A DNA stretch of 21,267 nucleotides from the NCBI GenBank assembly GCA_965649055.1, contig CBFGJG010000037.1, forward strand, positions 1 to 21,267. Reading direction: 5' to 3'. The notes below the pieces were generated by a model. It did no database searches and had not been told where the DNA came from. It was given only the letters and a program-made list of their open reading frames with translations. Source of the DNA: a candidate division WOR-3 bacterium. GTDB taxonomy: Bacteria > Hydrothermota > UBA3072 > B12-G15. Positions 1-9,582 of the stretch are shown piece by piece (position 1 is the stretch's first letter; each line of letters opens with the position of its first letter). Position numbers and translations under genes: made by a program.

Positions 1-227
1 ATATATTAGAAGAATATAACCTACCTTGTGTGTTAGCATATATACCATCTATAATAATTGATGAGATTTATGATAAAATTTTTAGACAAAACTTAAATGT
101 TAATTATAATAAATTGTACCACCATGTTCCTGATCTTCCCGTAAAAAAGTCTTTTAGAAAAGTTAAAGAAATAGCAATAAATGTAAGAGAATTAAGTGCT
201 AAATGCGAAAAATATCTTTATAATTAA
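1..227 (+). CDS. 3' end of a hypothetical protein (truncated by window start)
   Basis: Frame 3 is open from position 3 (ILEEYNLPCVLAYIPS...) to TAA at 225-227; no recognisable motif. Confidence 0.45.
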   Translation, partial: ILEEYNLPCVLAYIPSIIIDEIYDKIFRQNLNVNYNKLYHHVPDLPVKKSFRKVKEIAINVRELSAKCEKYLYN

Positions 228-268
228 TGTGATTACATGTTCTTAATATAAGGAATATCATAAAGTTC

Positions 269-296
269 TTGATTTTATATGTAAGGCAATTATAAT
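269..296 (+). promoter_or_regulatory. sigma70-type promoter of GT2 gene (probably leaderless)
   Basis: TTGATT (269-274), 16 bp, TATAAT (291-296); ATG at 303 lies only 6 nt downstream. Confidence 0.6.
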
Positions 297-302
297 ATAA
301 AT

Positions 303-1097
303 ATGGTATCCTTTATAATTGTAAACTACAACGGTGCGGAATTCATTGAAGATTGTATTGAAAGTATACTTGCTTTAAAAGTTAAAAAAGAAATTATAGT
401 TGTGGATAATTACTCTGAAGATGATTCTGTTCTCGTTTTATCAAATTATCCTGTTCAGGTTATAGTAATGAAGAAAAACAGAGGGTATCCAAAGGCTTTG
501 AATATGGGGCTTAAGTATGCAAAAGGTGATTATATTTTTTTACTCACTCCCACAACATTCCTTGATTCAAGGATAGATTTTAAGAAACTTATGAAATACG
601 ATGTGTGTTCTATAAAACTTGTTGACCCTGAAGGATTTTTATTAAAATCTGTAAGAAACATTCCAAGCATTCTTGACTTTTTCTTTCTTCTGACAGGTAT
701 TTCAGAATTATTTTATAATAATCATTTTTTCAACAGATGGAGGAATCCGATTTTTGATTATGATAAAGAAGGAATAGCAGAACAGCCTATGTCCTGTGCT
801 TTATTTGTAAAAAAAGAAATCTTTAATAAAATTGGAATTTTCGATGAAAGATTTTTTCTTTATTTCTCTGATGTTGATTTTTCAAAGAGATTGAAGGAAA
901 ATAAAATAGATACACATTATATTCCTGATTACAAGGCAATACATATTAAAGGTGGCATTACTTACAAATTAGGGGTAAGAAGATTATATTATTTTTACAG
1001 GGATTTTTCAAAATATATTGGTAAATATTATAAAATATTTTACCCTATTTTTATACCACTTATGTTACTGGGAATCTTCTTCTATCAGGATATTTAA
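303..1097 (+). CDS. glycosyltransferase family 2 (WbbL/rhamnosyltransferase-like)
   Basis: VSFIIVNYN, IIVVDNYSED, NRGYPKALNMG, FDERFFLYFSDVD motifs typical of GT2. Confidence 0.9.
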   Translation: MVSFIIVNYNGAEFIEDCIESILALKVKKEIIVVDNYSEDDSVLVLSNYPVQVIVMKKNRGYPKALNMGLKYAKGDYIFLLTPTTFLDSRIDFKKLMKYDVCSIKLVDPEGFLLKSVRNIPSILDFFFLLTGISELFYNNHFFNRWRNPIFDYDKEGIAEQPMSCALFVKKEIFNKIGIFDERFFLYFSDVDFSKRLKENKIDTHYIPDYKAIHIKGGITYKLGVRRLYYFYRDFSKYIGKYYKIFYPIFIPLMLLGIFFYQDI

Positions 1098-1099
1098 TC

Positions 1100-2359
1100 T
1101 TAAAATCTAATGCCGAAAAATATTTGTGGATTTGCAATCATTCTGTTATTTACCTTCTCCGGTTTTAAATTAAAACCAAAATTTAGGTTATTTAATTCAT
1201 TACTTGTTTCAGTTCCTAAGTCTTTAAAAGTTTTATAGACAATATATGTTAGACCAGCATCAGTAATCATAAATATTGTAGGATATGCTTTTAAAAAATT
1301 GTCAGAATTGCTTAATGCGAGAACACCTGCTGTAAAAAGATGTGCAAGGGAAGGAATTAAGTATGTTAGTATAGCGGTTGTTAAAGATATTTCATTTTCC
1401 TTTGTAAGTTTATCACCGAGCCAGTATCCTGCAAAATGTCCCAGTAAAGAAGCAGCAGCATAGGTTCTTGGTTTGACATCTGAATTATTGAAATTATCAT
1501 AAGTCCAGAGAAGTGCTGGAATTATCTCAGAACCAACAGCAGTTGTTCTTATCTCAAACAATGCATCACCATAACTTATATTTTTTTTACTCTTTGACAT
1601 AAACACCGAGCTATAACCTTCAATAAGTGAAATAATGGAAGAAATTGTGTTATCAACATCTCTAATTTCGAAATCATTTGTAAAAAGTGTTTTGGATATG
1701 TAATAATGATAATATCCATATATATTATGATTTAATTTCCTTTGATATATACCCGGTGTTAAATTAAAAGACCAGCAGAGATAATTATCAAGAAAGTTTT
1801 CAGCTATACTTACAGGGAATACCCATTTTACATCATTGAAAAGGAATAAACCATGGAATAAACCAGCAACACCACCACCAAAAGAACCATAGGCTTGTGA
1901 TGAAGAAATATTCTTTCCATTTGTTAGAAAAAAGTTAGCACCAAAATAGAAGAAAGGAAAGATAAAGCCTGTTCCTGTCCTTATCCTTTCGGTATTATCA
2001 TCAGTAGCTTCACTTCTAAATATAAAAATTGGAAGGCTCCAGGAATAAACGCCAACCCCAAGTAATGTCTGTCCTATAAGATATTCGACCCTTCTGTTTT
2101 CATAAACTCTGTGATATAATATGGGTAATGTGAGTCTTCTCTGGAATTCATCATAATCAATTGTCTTAATATTAACATGGTTTTTGTAATAAGAAATTAT
2201 AAGTATTTTTTTTGAAACCGAATCCGAAAATTCATAGAAACTAATCTTTGCTGGTTTTTCAGGAAAAAGGTCTAAAAAATTAGTTTTTATGTTATCTTGA
2301 ACCTTTACTTCTTTTAGAATCAAATCAGATTCTAAAAATGCAAGTAAAAAAATAAACAC
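1100..2359 (-). CDS. hypothetical membrane/envelope protein
   Basis: 419 aa, GTG start with GGAGG SD; several hydrophobic Gly/Ala-rich helices; ends in aromatic alternating ...QIFFGIRF. Confidence 0.75.
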   Translation of the reverse strand: MFIFLLAFLESDLILKEVKVQDNIKTNFLDLFPEKPAKISFYEFSDSVSKKILIISYYKNHVNIKTIDYDEFQRRLTLPILYHRVYENRRVEYLIGQTLLGVGVYSWSLPIFIFRSEATDDNTERIRTGTGFIFPFFYFGANFFLTNGKNISSSQAYGSFGGGVAGLFHGLFLFNDVKWVFPVSIAENFLDNYLCWSFNLTPGIYQRKLNHNIYGYYHYYISKTLFTNDFEIRDVDNTISSIISLIEGYSSVFMSKSKKNISYGDALFEIRTTAVGSEIIPALLWTYDNFNNSDVKPRTYAAASLLGHFAGYWLGDKLTKENEISLTTAILTYLIPSLAHLFTAGVLALSNSDNFLKAYPTIFMITDAGLTYIVYKTFKDLGTETSNELNNLNFGFNLKPEKVNNRMIANPQIFFGIRF

Positions 2360-2367
2360 TTTTCCTC

Positions 2368-3852
2368 CTATTTTAAAACAATGAGTTTTATTCCACTTCT
2401 TCTTTCACCGTATAAGAAGTAGATTCCGCTCTTTTCAATATTCAATGTTCCGTTATCAACAAGATGTATTGACTGTATATACCTTCCCAGTTCATCATAA
2501 ACATATATATCAATAGGGAAAATATATCCTTCTTTTAATCTGAGGTTAATAACCCCTCTTGTTATTATTATACTATTACCTTCTATAATATTATTATCAA
2601 CCTCAATTATATCAGTTAGTTTATCATACTTTCCTTTCATAAATGCCTCTTTAACGCATTTTTCAAAATCAGGGATTCCATAGCCTGTATATTTATCCCA
2701 TCCAGCAGAGCCAATATCAGTACAGTTTTTTGTTATTATATCCATAACTTCGTAATTCTTCAAATCCGGATTCATAGAAAGCATTAATGCACACAGGGCG
2801 GAGATATGCGGTGTTGCCATTGATGTTCCAACAAAACCAAAGTAATTATAAATGTCCAATTTTGCAAGAGTATCGTAATTTATAAATGGCATAAATACTT
2901 CCTGATATATGTAATCAAACTCATTCGTAGCACCACCACCAGGTCCTACAATATCAAGTTCATATCCGTAGTTTGAATAAGTTGCCCTCTCACCATTTAT
3001 ATTGTACGCACCAACTGAAAGGACCTCATTATATCGTGCAGGAAAGTATACACCTTCAGTGCCATCATTCCCTGATGCACCTACAAGAATAACATTCTTC
3101 TTATATGCATGATATATTGCTTCATAAAGATAACTATTAGAACCTGTTGCACCAAGACTTATGTTTATAATATTTACATTTGCACTATCTGTTGCCCAAA
3201 TAATACCATCTGCAATCTTTGATAATTCTCCCATACCATCATAATCAAGGACTTTTACGGGAACTATCTTTACATTGAATGCAATACCTGAAAGACCTCT
3301 CAAATTATCAGTAGCCTCTGCAATGGTGCCGGATATGTGTGTTCCATGGCCATTATCATCGTTAGGATGAAAATCATTGTTTACAAAATCCCTTCCGGGT
3401 AAAAATGTTTCAGGATTGTAATCAGGGTAAATCCGATAAGTTGAGCCAACCACCTTGCTCTTTTCATAACTGGGGACAGGAAAGAATTCAAAAGAACAAC
3501 CTGTGTCAAGTATACCCAATATAACATCTGCACTTCCGCCACCTATTAAATCCCAAGCCTTTTCAAGATTTATGAATTTCCTTAGATTCCATTGATACTG
3601 GTAAAGTGAATCGTTCGGGACCCATAAGGCTTTAAAAATATAATCAGGTGCTGCTTCTATAACACCTTTCATTTTCTTTATTTCTTCAATAAATGTTAAA
3701 ACATCCTTCCCTTTTGGGACTTCAACACTGAACCAGTTAAAATAATGTTCCTTTGTGATTGATAAACCATATGATTTTATAATTTCTTTTGAATCTGCCT
3801 TTATTAATATATGATCATCTGCGAAAATAACAGAAAAAATAAAAAAAATCAT
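2368..3852 (-). CDS. S8 subtilisin-like serine peptidase with C-terminal T9SS type A-like sorting domain
   Basis: Catalytic motifs ILDTG, DDNGHGTHISG, ASGN, GTSMATPH; C-terminus IYVYDELGRYI...SGIYFL...KLIVLK; SD GAGG. Confidence 0.92.
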   Translation of the reverse strand: MIFFIFSVIFADDHILIKADSKEIIKSYGLSITKEHYFNWFSVEVPKGKDVLTFIEEIKKMKGVIEAAPDYIFKALWVPNDSLYQYQWNLRKFINLEKAWDLIGGGSADVILGILDTGCSFEFFPVPSYEKSKVVGSTYRIYPDYNPETFLPGRDFVNNDFHPNDDNGHGTHISGTIAEATDNLRGLSGIAFNVKIVPVKVLDYDGMGELSKIADGIIWATDSANVNIINISLGATGSNSYLYEAIYHAYKKNVILVGASGNDGTEGVYFPARYNEVLSVGAYNINGERATYSNYGYELDIVGPGGGATNEFDYIYQEVFMPFINYDTLAKLDIYNYFGFVGTSMATPHISALCALMLSMNPDLKNYEVMDIITKNCTDIGSAGWDKYTGYGIPDFEKCVKEAFMKGKYDKLTDIIEVDNNIIEGNSIIITRGVINLRLKEGYIFPIDIYVYDELGRYIQSIHLVDNGTLNIEKSGIYFLYGERRSGIKLIVLK

Positions 3853-3906
3853 ATATACCTCGCTTTTTGTTATTTATTAAATAATTTTTAAAATTATCAA
3901 AATTCT

Positions 3907-4128
3907 CTATTTTTTATTTTCTTTTATTCTCAGTTCCGCACCTTCTCTATCATATGGAAAAAGATAGGATGGAACCTTTACACCTGCCTTAAAAACTAAA
4001 TACCTTGCACATTTGGTGAAATCACCTTTACAGTAAGTTGCTTTGAGAAGTTCCGATGTTTTTGGCATATTTGCCATTTTTTCTTGAAAGAAGGGACAAG
4101 TCGCAAGCCTTTCACATTCTCCCATCAT
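3907..4128 (-). CDS. small four-cysteine hypothetical protein (possible metal-binding)
   Basis: 73 aa; C-x5-CPFF ... YC-x6-CAR ... VPxxLFP; strong SD AAGGAG at 4132-4137. Confidence 0.8.
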   Translation of the reverse strand: MMGECERLATCPFFQEKMANMPKTSELLKATYCKGDFTKCARYLVFKAGVKVPSYLFPYDREGAELRIKENKK

Positions 4129-4144
4129 TCACTCCTTAAAAAAA

Positions 4145-4219
4145 CGGGGCCGACGAGACTCGAACTCGCGACCTCCGACTTGACAGACCGGCGTTCTAAC
4201 CAAGCTGAACTACGACCCC
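4145..4219 (-). tRNA. tRNA-Asp (GUC), CCA not encoded
   Basis: Reverse complement GGGGTCGTAGTTCAGCTTGGTTAGAACGCCGGTCTGTCAAGTCGGAGGTCGCGAGTTCGAGTCTCGTCGGCCCCG folds as a cloverleaf; anticodon loop CT-GTC-AA, T loop GTTCGAG, discriminator G. Confidence 0.97.
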
Positions 4220-4229
4220 GTTTAGATAT

Positions 4230-4257
4230 ATATTATAAAAAGTATGCAAATTGTCAA
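4230..4257 (-). promoter_or_regulatory. sigma70-type promoter of tRNA-Asp
   Basis: Minus strand TTGACA (4257-4252), 16 bp, TAATAT (4235-4230), 10 nt before the tRNA 5' end. Confidence 0.65.
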
Positions 4258-4385
4258 GATAATTTATATATAAAATTGATATTCCATATTAAAAAATTTC
4301 CGGAAAAAATAAAATATTGGTTTTTATCAGTCTTTATTCATTATTATATTCTAACTAATTCCCAAATATATAATTGTAAAATTTC

Positions 4386-4413
4386 TTGACAAAATATTTA
4401 AAAAAAATATTAT
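4386..4413 (+). promoter_or_regulatory. sigma70-type promoter of arcE-arcC operon
   Basis: TTGACA (4386-4391), 16 bp, TATTAT (4408-4413); SD AGGAGG at 4433-4438 before ATG 4443. Confidence 0.7.
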
Positions 4414-4442
4414 ATTCTTTTAAAATTTAAACAGGAGGTTTT

Positions 4443-5753
4443 ATGAGAAAAAAGGTTATTATAATGGGAGCAGCTGGAAGGGACTTCCATAATTTTAATG
4501 TTTTTTTTAAAGATAAAGAAGAATATGAAGTTATTTGTTTTACAGCAACACAGATACCAAACATAGAAAATAGAAAATATCCCAAAGAACTATCAGGAAA
4601 ACTGTATCCTGAAGGTATCCCAATATTACCTGAATCAGAGCTTCAGGAGCTTATAAGAAAAAACGATGTAAAATATGTAGTTTTCTCATACAGTGATGTA
4701 TCTCATAATTATGTTATGGAAAGGGCATCATTAGCACTTGCAAATGGTGCTAATTTTATGCTCCTCTCTCCAACAGAAACAATGATTAAATCAAAAAAGC
4801 CTGTTATTTCTGTATGTGCAGTAAGAACAGGTTGTGGAAAGAGCCAGACGACAAGGTATGTTGGAAATGTTTTAAAAAATATGGGTAAGAAGGTCGCAGT
4901 AATAAGGCATCCAATGCCATATGGAGACCTTGTAAAACAAAAGGTCCAGAAATTTGTAAATTTTGAAGACCTTGACAAACATCAGTGCACTATTGAAGAA
5001 AGAGAAGAATATGAACCACATATCAGGATGGGTTTTACAGTTTTTGCAGGTGTTGACTACGGGGATATATTGAAAGAAGCTGAAAAAGACGCAGATATAA
5101 TATTATGGGATGGTGGTAATAATGATACACCTTTCTATAAACCCGATATACATATAGTTGTTACTGACCCGCACAGGCCCTGTCATGAAATTCTGTATCA
5201 TCCCGGACATACAAATTTAAAGATGGCAGACATTGTTGTGATAAACAAAATAGACACCTCACCGGTTGAAAATATTGAGACCGTAAGAAAAAATATAATG
5301 AACAATAATCCAAATGCATTAATAATCGATGCTGCTTCTCCAATCTTTGTAGAAGACCATACAAAAATAAAAGGTAAAAGGGTTCTTGTCGTTGAAGATG
5401 GTCCAACACTCACACATGGAGAGATGTCATACGGTGCAGGATATGTTGCTGCAAAGAGATTTGGTGCAAAAGAGATTATAGACCCAAGAAAATTTGCAGT
5501 TGGTTCAATTGTTGAAACATATCATAAATATCCGAATACCGGAAATGTTCTTCCAGCAATGGGTTATGGAGAAAAACAGATACAGGAACTTGAAAAAACG
5601 ATAAACAATTCAGATGCTGATATCGTTATAATTGCGACACCGATCGACCTTGGGAGGCTCATTAAGATAAATAAACCTTATGTAAGAACGACTTATGAAT
5701 TACAGGTAATCGGAAAACCAACACTTGAAGATGTTATAAGAGAAAGATTATGA
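4443..5753 (+). CDS. arcE: arginine synthetase ArcE-like P-loop NTPase (COG2403 'predicted GTPase' / cDPG synthetase-like family)
   Basis: GAAGRDFHNFN, FTATQIP, Walker A AVRTGCGKS, RHPMPYG, TIEEREEYE, WDGGNND, EDGPTLTHG, LPAMGY motifs; overlaps a carbamate kinase gene. Confidence 0.8.
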   Translation: MRKKVIIMGAAGRDFHNFNVFFKDKEEYEVICFTATQIPNIENRKYPKELSGKLYPEGIPILPESELQELIRKNDVKYVVFSYSDVSHNYVMERASLALANGANFMLLSPTETMIKSKKPVISVCAVRTGCGKSQTTRYVGNVLKNMGKKVAVIRHPMPYGDLVKQKVQKFVNFEDLDKHQCTIEEREEYEPHIRMGFTVFAGVDYGDILKEAEKDADIILWDGGNNDTPFYKPDIHIVVTDPHRPCHEILYHPGHTNLKMADIVVINKIDTSPVENIETVRKNIMNNNPNALIIDAASPIFVEDHTKIKGKRVLVVEDGPTLTHGEMSYGAGYVAAKRFGAKEIIDPRKFAVGSIVETYHKYPNTGNVLPAMGYGEKQIQELEKTINNSDADIVIIATPIDLGRLIKINKPYVRTTYELQVIGKPTLEDVIRERL

Positions 5754-6694
5754 AAAAGACAGCCGTTGTTGCACTTGGCGGTAATGCCATACTTCCACCA
5801 GATTCGAAGGGTGATATACATGCACAATTTGCAAATACAAGAAAGAGCCTTGTAAGTGTTCTTCATTTTATTAAGAAAGAATACAACATTGTTATAACAC
5901 ATGGTAACGGTCCGCAGGCTGGCGACGAAATATTAAGGAATGAACTTGCAAGACATATTATTCCGGAACTCCCCCTCGGTGTTATTGATGCTGCTACCGG
6001 CGGCTGGATGGGTTATATGATACAGCAATCCCTTCATAATATACTTATTAAGAATAATATAAAAAAAGATGTTGTTACAATACCAACGCAGGTAATAGTG
6101 GATGAAGATGACCCTATGTGGAATAAGCCTACAAAACCTATCGGTAGGTGCCTTAATGAAGAAGAAGCAAAAGATTTAATGAATGATAATATACCTGTAA
6201 TTGAATATTCTAAGGGATGCTTTAGAAGGGTAGTCCCGTCTCCTTTCCCTAAGGGGATTGTGGAAAAGGAAATAATAAAGACACTCGTTGAAAAAGGTAT
6301 TATTGTAATTGCCGTTGGCGGAGGTGGTATACCTGTTTATATCACAGAAGAGAATACACTTGAAGGGCTTGACGCAGTTATTGATAAGGACCTTTCATCC
6401 AGTGTTCTTGCAAGGGAAATAGGTGCTGATATTCTGGTAATTTTGACAGGGGTTCCGTGTGTTTATATTAATTTTAATAAACCTGGTATGAGAAAGATAG
6501 AGAGAATGAGTGCAAAGGAAGCAAGGAAATATTTAAATGAAGGTCAGTTCCCGCAGGGAAGTATGGGACCTAAAATACTTGCTGCCTGTGAATTTGTAGA
6601 AAAAGGCGGTAAAGAAGTCCTTATTACATCCCTTGATACAATAGAATTGGCTCTTGATTATAAAGAAGGGACAAGAATATACCCTGATGTATAA
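5750..6694 (+). CDS. arcC: carbamate kinase
   Basis: VVALGGNA, THGNGPQ, PTKPIG, RRVVPSP, GGGGIPV, AVIDKD, GSMGPK; ATGA overlap with upstream gene. Confidence 0.96.
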   Translation: MKKTAVVALGGNAILPPDSKGDIHAQFANTRKSLVSVLHFIKKEYNIVITHGNGPQAGDEILRNELARHIIPELPLGVIDAATGGWMGYMIQQSLHNILIKNNIKKDVVTIPTQVIVDEDDPMWNKPTKPIGRCLNEEEAKDLMNDNIPVIEYSKGCFRRVVPSPFPKGIVEKEIIKTLVEKGIIVIAVGGGGIPVYITEENTLEGLDAVIDKDLSSSVLAREIGADILVILTGVPCVYINFNKPGMRKIERMSAKEARKYLNEGQFPQGSMGPKILAACEFVEKGGKEVLITSLDTIELALDYKEGTRIYPDV

Positions 6695-7562
6695 GGTAAA
6701 TCCTATAATAATTGTTCATGGTGGGACAACAAATAATCCGCATAATCTTGAAGAAAAGAAAAGTGGAATCACAAGGGCATTAAATTCAGGATATCAGATA
6801 TTAAGACAGGCCGGAAGCGCAATCGATGCGGTTGTTAAAGCTGTTATGGTCCTTGAAGATGACAGTAATTTTAATGCGGGATACGGTTCTGTTCCTAATA
6901 TACTTGGAGAAGTTGAAATGGATGCCGCAATAATGTCCAATAAATTATTTGGTGCTGTTGCTGCAATAAAGGATGTGAAGAATCCGATACTTGTTGCGAA
7001 GAAAGTAATAGAAGAGACAGAACATATTCTTATTGTCGGTGAAAATGCAACAAAATTTGCAAGGTTGATGGGTTTTGGATATTTTAACCCGCTTACTGAA
7101 GAAATGAAGGAAAGGTATGAAAATTCAAAAACCTCTCCACACTATAAAAAAGTTGAGTATTTCAGAAACCTCTATGGATGTGGAACAGTTGGAGCAGTCG
7201 CAATGGATATAGATGGAAATATAGCAGCAGGTGTATCAACTGGCGGATTATTCTTACATCTTCCCGGTAGGGTTGGAGATTCACCTTTGATAGGTGCGGG
7301 TATATATGTGAATGAAAATGGCGGAGCAGTTTTCACGGGATTTGGAGAAAAAATTGCAATAAATATGCTTGCAAAGGAATCAGTAGATTATTTAAAACAT
7401 AACAAACCATTTGAAGTAGTGAATAAACTATTTGAAATATACGATTTTCCATTTGGTCTGATTATTCTTAATAAGTATGGAGAATATGCATCAGGTCATA
7501 ATATGAAATATCTTTTTTGGGGTTATAAAAATGAACATGAAGAATTTGCAAGTATAGAATGA
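6687..7562 (+). CDS. iaaA: isoaspartyl peptidase / L-asparaginase (Ntn hydrolase, T2 family)
   Basis: IIVHGG, LEDDSNFNAGYGS, EMDAAIM, autocleavage site G/TVGAVA, STGG, GRVGDSP; start placed at ATG 6687 overlapping arcC end. Confidence 0.9.
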   Translation: MYKVNPIIIVHGGTTNNPHNLEEKKSGITRALNSGYQILRQAGSAIDAVVKAVMVLEDDSNFNAGYGSVPNILGEVEMDAAIMSNKLFGAVAAIKDVKNPILVAKKVIEETEHILIVGENATKFARLMGFGYFNPLTEEMKERYENSKTSPHYKKVEYFRNLYGCGTVGAVAMDIDGNIAAGVSTGGLFLHLPGRVGDSPLIGAGIYVNENGGAVFTGFGEKIAINMLAKESVDYLKHNKPFEVVNKLFEIYDFPFGLIILNKYGEYASGHNMKYLFWGYKNEHEEFASIE

Positions 7563-8659
7563 TATTTTACATTATTGTTTTTTTTGATATTAATCTTAAC
7601 TATTTTAAGTTTTCCGAATACAAAGGTTTTTATCTGAATAACACAATCTTTTATGATAGAAGTATAATAAATATAAAAGACAGAATTTCAGGAGGATTAA
7701 ACTTTAATGAAAAATATATTCTTTCATTAGATAATAAATTCTATTTAGGGTTTAATTTATTTAACCTTACAATATCACCACTTTTAGGATACAGTAAGAA
7801 TGAAGAAAAAAATGAAATTTATTATGGAACGAATCTTGATTACAAGAAAAATTTCGGGAATATCATTTTTAAATTGGGATACCAGTTTAATTCGCTTAAA
7901 GATTTATACGAAAACCTAATAAATATGAATCTTGAAATCATTGATACATTTTTTTTGAATTTTTCTTTAAATTCTTTTTTATTTTCTCAAAAAGATGAAA
8001 ATTCATACCTTGCAGCATTATCAGCATCATTTATGCTACCATATAAATGGATTTATTATGGTGGTGGACTTACATTCAAATTTTATTCAAAAGGTAATCC
8101 TGTTTTTGAAACAAATTATTTTAATTATTATTCTCCAATAAATATTTTTTTTAAAATCTGTTATAACAATAACAGGAATAATGGAAATATAAAATTAAAA
8201 GTTTCCGTTAAAGATAATGAAGATAAGCATGTTGAATGCAATATGAAGATAAACGAAAGAATATTTAAAATTAAAGATGAAAGGGTTATCTCATTATTAC
8301 CTGGAAGATACAGGATAAAGTTCTATAGTGATGAATACGAAGACCTTGATACAACAGTTGTCCTTGTAGGTAATTCTACTATTGAAGTAATTTTGAAGAA
8401 AAAACTAAATTTATCATCCTTAAAACTTAAGGTTATAGATAAACACGATTTTTCCGGTATTGATGCCTATGTTGAGATAATATCTGATAATACGATGAAA
8501 GTTAAATGTGACAAGGATGGAAATATCAATATTAAAATTTTACCCGGTTCATATGTTATAAGAATTTTAAAAGAAGGATACCTTACAAAAGGATTGTATC
8601 TTGATATTGAGCCTTCCCAAGAGATTGAAAAAACCGTTACACTTCAGAGAATAAAATGA
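7559..8659 (+). CDS. hypothetical envelope protein: N-terminal beta-rich (barrel-like) region plus C-terminal PEGA/carboxypeptidase-regulatory-like repeats
   Basis: Alternating aromatic beta-strand pattern, then LLPGRYRIKF..EYED and CDKDG..ILPGSYVIRILKEGY motifs; ATGA overlap with iaaA. Confidence 0.65.
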   Translation: MIFYIIVFFDINLNYFKFSEYKGFYLNNTIFYDRSIINIKDRISGGLNFNEKYILSLDNKFYLGFNLFNLTISPLLGYSKNEEKNEIYYGTNLDYKKNFGNIIFKLGYQFNSLKDLYENLINMNLEIIDTFFLNFSLNSFLFSQKDENSYLAALSASFMLPYKWIYYGGGLTFKFYSKGNPVFETNYFNYYSPINIFFKICYNNNRNNGNIKLKVSVKDNEDKHVECNMKINERIFKIKDERVISLLPGRYRIKFYSDEYEDLDTTVVLVGNSTIEVILKKKLNLSSLKLKVIDKHDFSGIDAYVEIISDNTMKVKCDKDGNINIKILPGSYVIRILKEGYLTKGLYLDIEPSQEIEKTVTLQRIK

Positions 8660-9582
8660 GAATACTCAAAGAGATAATTAAATTTTTATTTACTATTTTA
8701 TTATTTTATTTGATTTTTAGAAAGATTCCTTTTTCGAATGTGAGGATGAAATTATTATCACTTGATAGAACCTATTTGGTTCTGTCTTTTATTTCTTTCT
8801 TTATTTACTACCTGTTTTTTTCTTTAAGATGGTCTTATTTACTTGATAAAACAGGAATAAAGATAAGTAGGATAAAATCTTATACCTATATTTTAATAAG
8901 TTTTTTCTTCAACAATTTTCTTCCAAGTGCGGTTGGCCAGGATTTTATAAGGTCTGCTTATGCCTCAAAAAACGAATTTTCAAAGGCTTTAGGTGTATCA
9001 CTTATGGATAGATTTCTCGGTTTTATAGGGATGTTAATATTGGGAATCCTGGCTGTGTTAAGCAAGATACATAAGATTAAGGTTCTTTCGGTTCTTTATT
9101 TTCTTTTAATATTATTACTTTTTTTATTATTTTACATCTTTACAGCAGGAAATTTTGGGAAAGGGATAAAAGAAAAAATCTTAAGAATAAAATTTTTGAA
9201 TTTTGGTGACGAACTCAGAAAATTCTATAATGTCTTGAAAGATTTTAAGGGAAGAAGGATTGTTTTAATTAATGGAATAATTCTTTCGATAGTTATTCAG
9301 GGAATGATTACTATTATCAATTTTTTTATATTTAAAAGCACAGGGATTAATATATCATTTTTTAATCTTGTTGTATTGTTACCTGCTATAACAATCCTGA
9401 GCCTTGTCCCTTTAACATTAAATGGTCTTGGTTTAAGAGAATTTGCTTATATATATTTTTTTGGATTGGTAAATATAAAAGGTGAAGAAGCCCTGACTAT
9501 TTCATTATTATTCTTTTTTATTTCTGTTATAGCAAGTCTTTCCGGTGGTATTTTATTTCTTTTTATCAAAAGAGAAAAGTAA
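8656..9582 (+). CDS. lysylphosphatidylglycerol synthase TM-domain / UPF0104 flippase-like membrane protein
   Basis: SLRW, FFNNFLPSAVGQD, MDRFLG, VPLTLNGLGLRE motifs; about 8 TM helices. Confidence 0.88.
   Translation: MRILKEIIKFLFTILLFYLIFRKIPFSNVRMKLLSLDRTYLVLSFISFFIYYLFFSLRWSYLLDKTGIKISRIKSYTYILISFFFNNFLPSAVGQDFIRSAYASKNEFSKALGVSLMDRFLGFIGMLILGILAVLSKIHKIKVLSVLYFLLILLLFLLFYIFTAGNFGKGIKEKILRIKFLNFGDELRKFYNVLKDFKGRRIVLINGIILSIVIQGMITIINFFIFKSTGINISFFNLVVLLPAITILSLVPLTLNGLGLREFAYIYFFGLVNIKGEEALTISLLFFFISVIASLSGGILFLFIKREK

Noticed and set aside
4145..4219. tRNA-Asp as an integration site of a genomic island
   Set aside because: No integrase and no duplicated tRNA 3' end seen in the window.
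4084..4389. 101-aa plus-strand ORF
   Set aside because: Antisense to tRNA-Asp and its promoter; TTG start, no SD, no motif.
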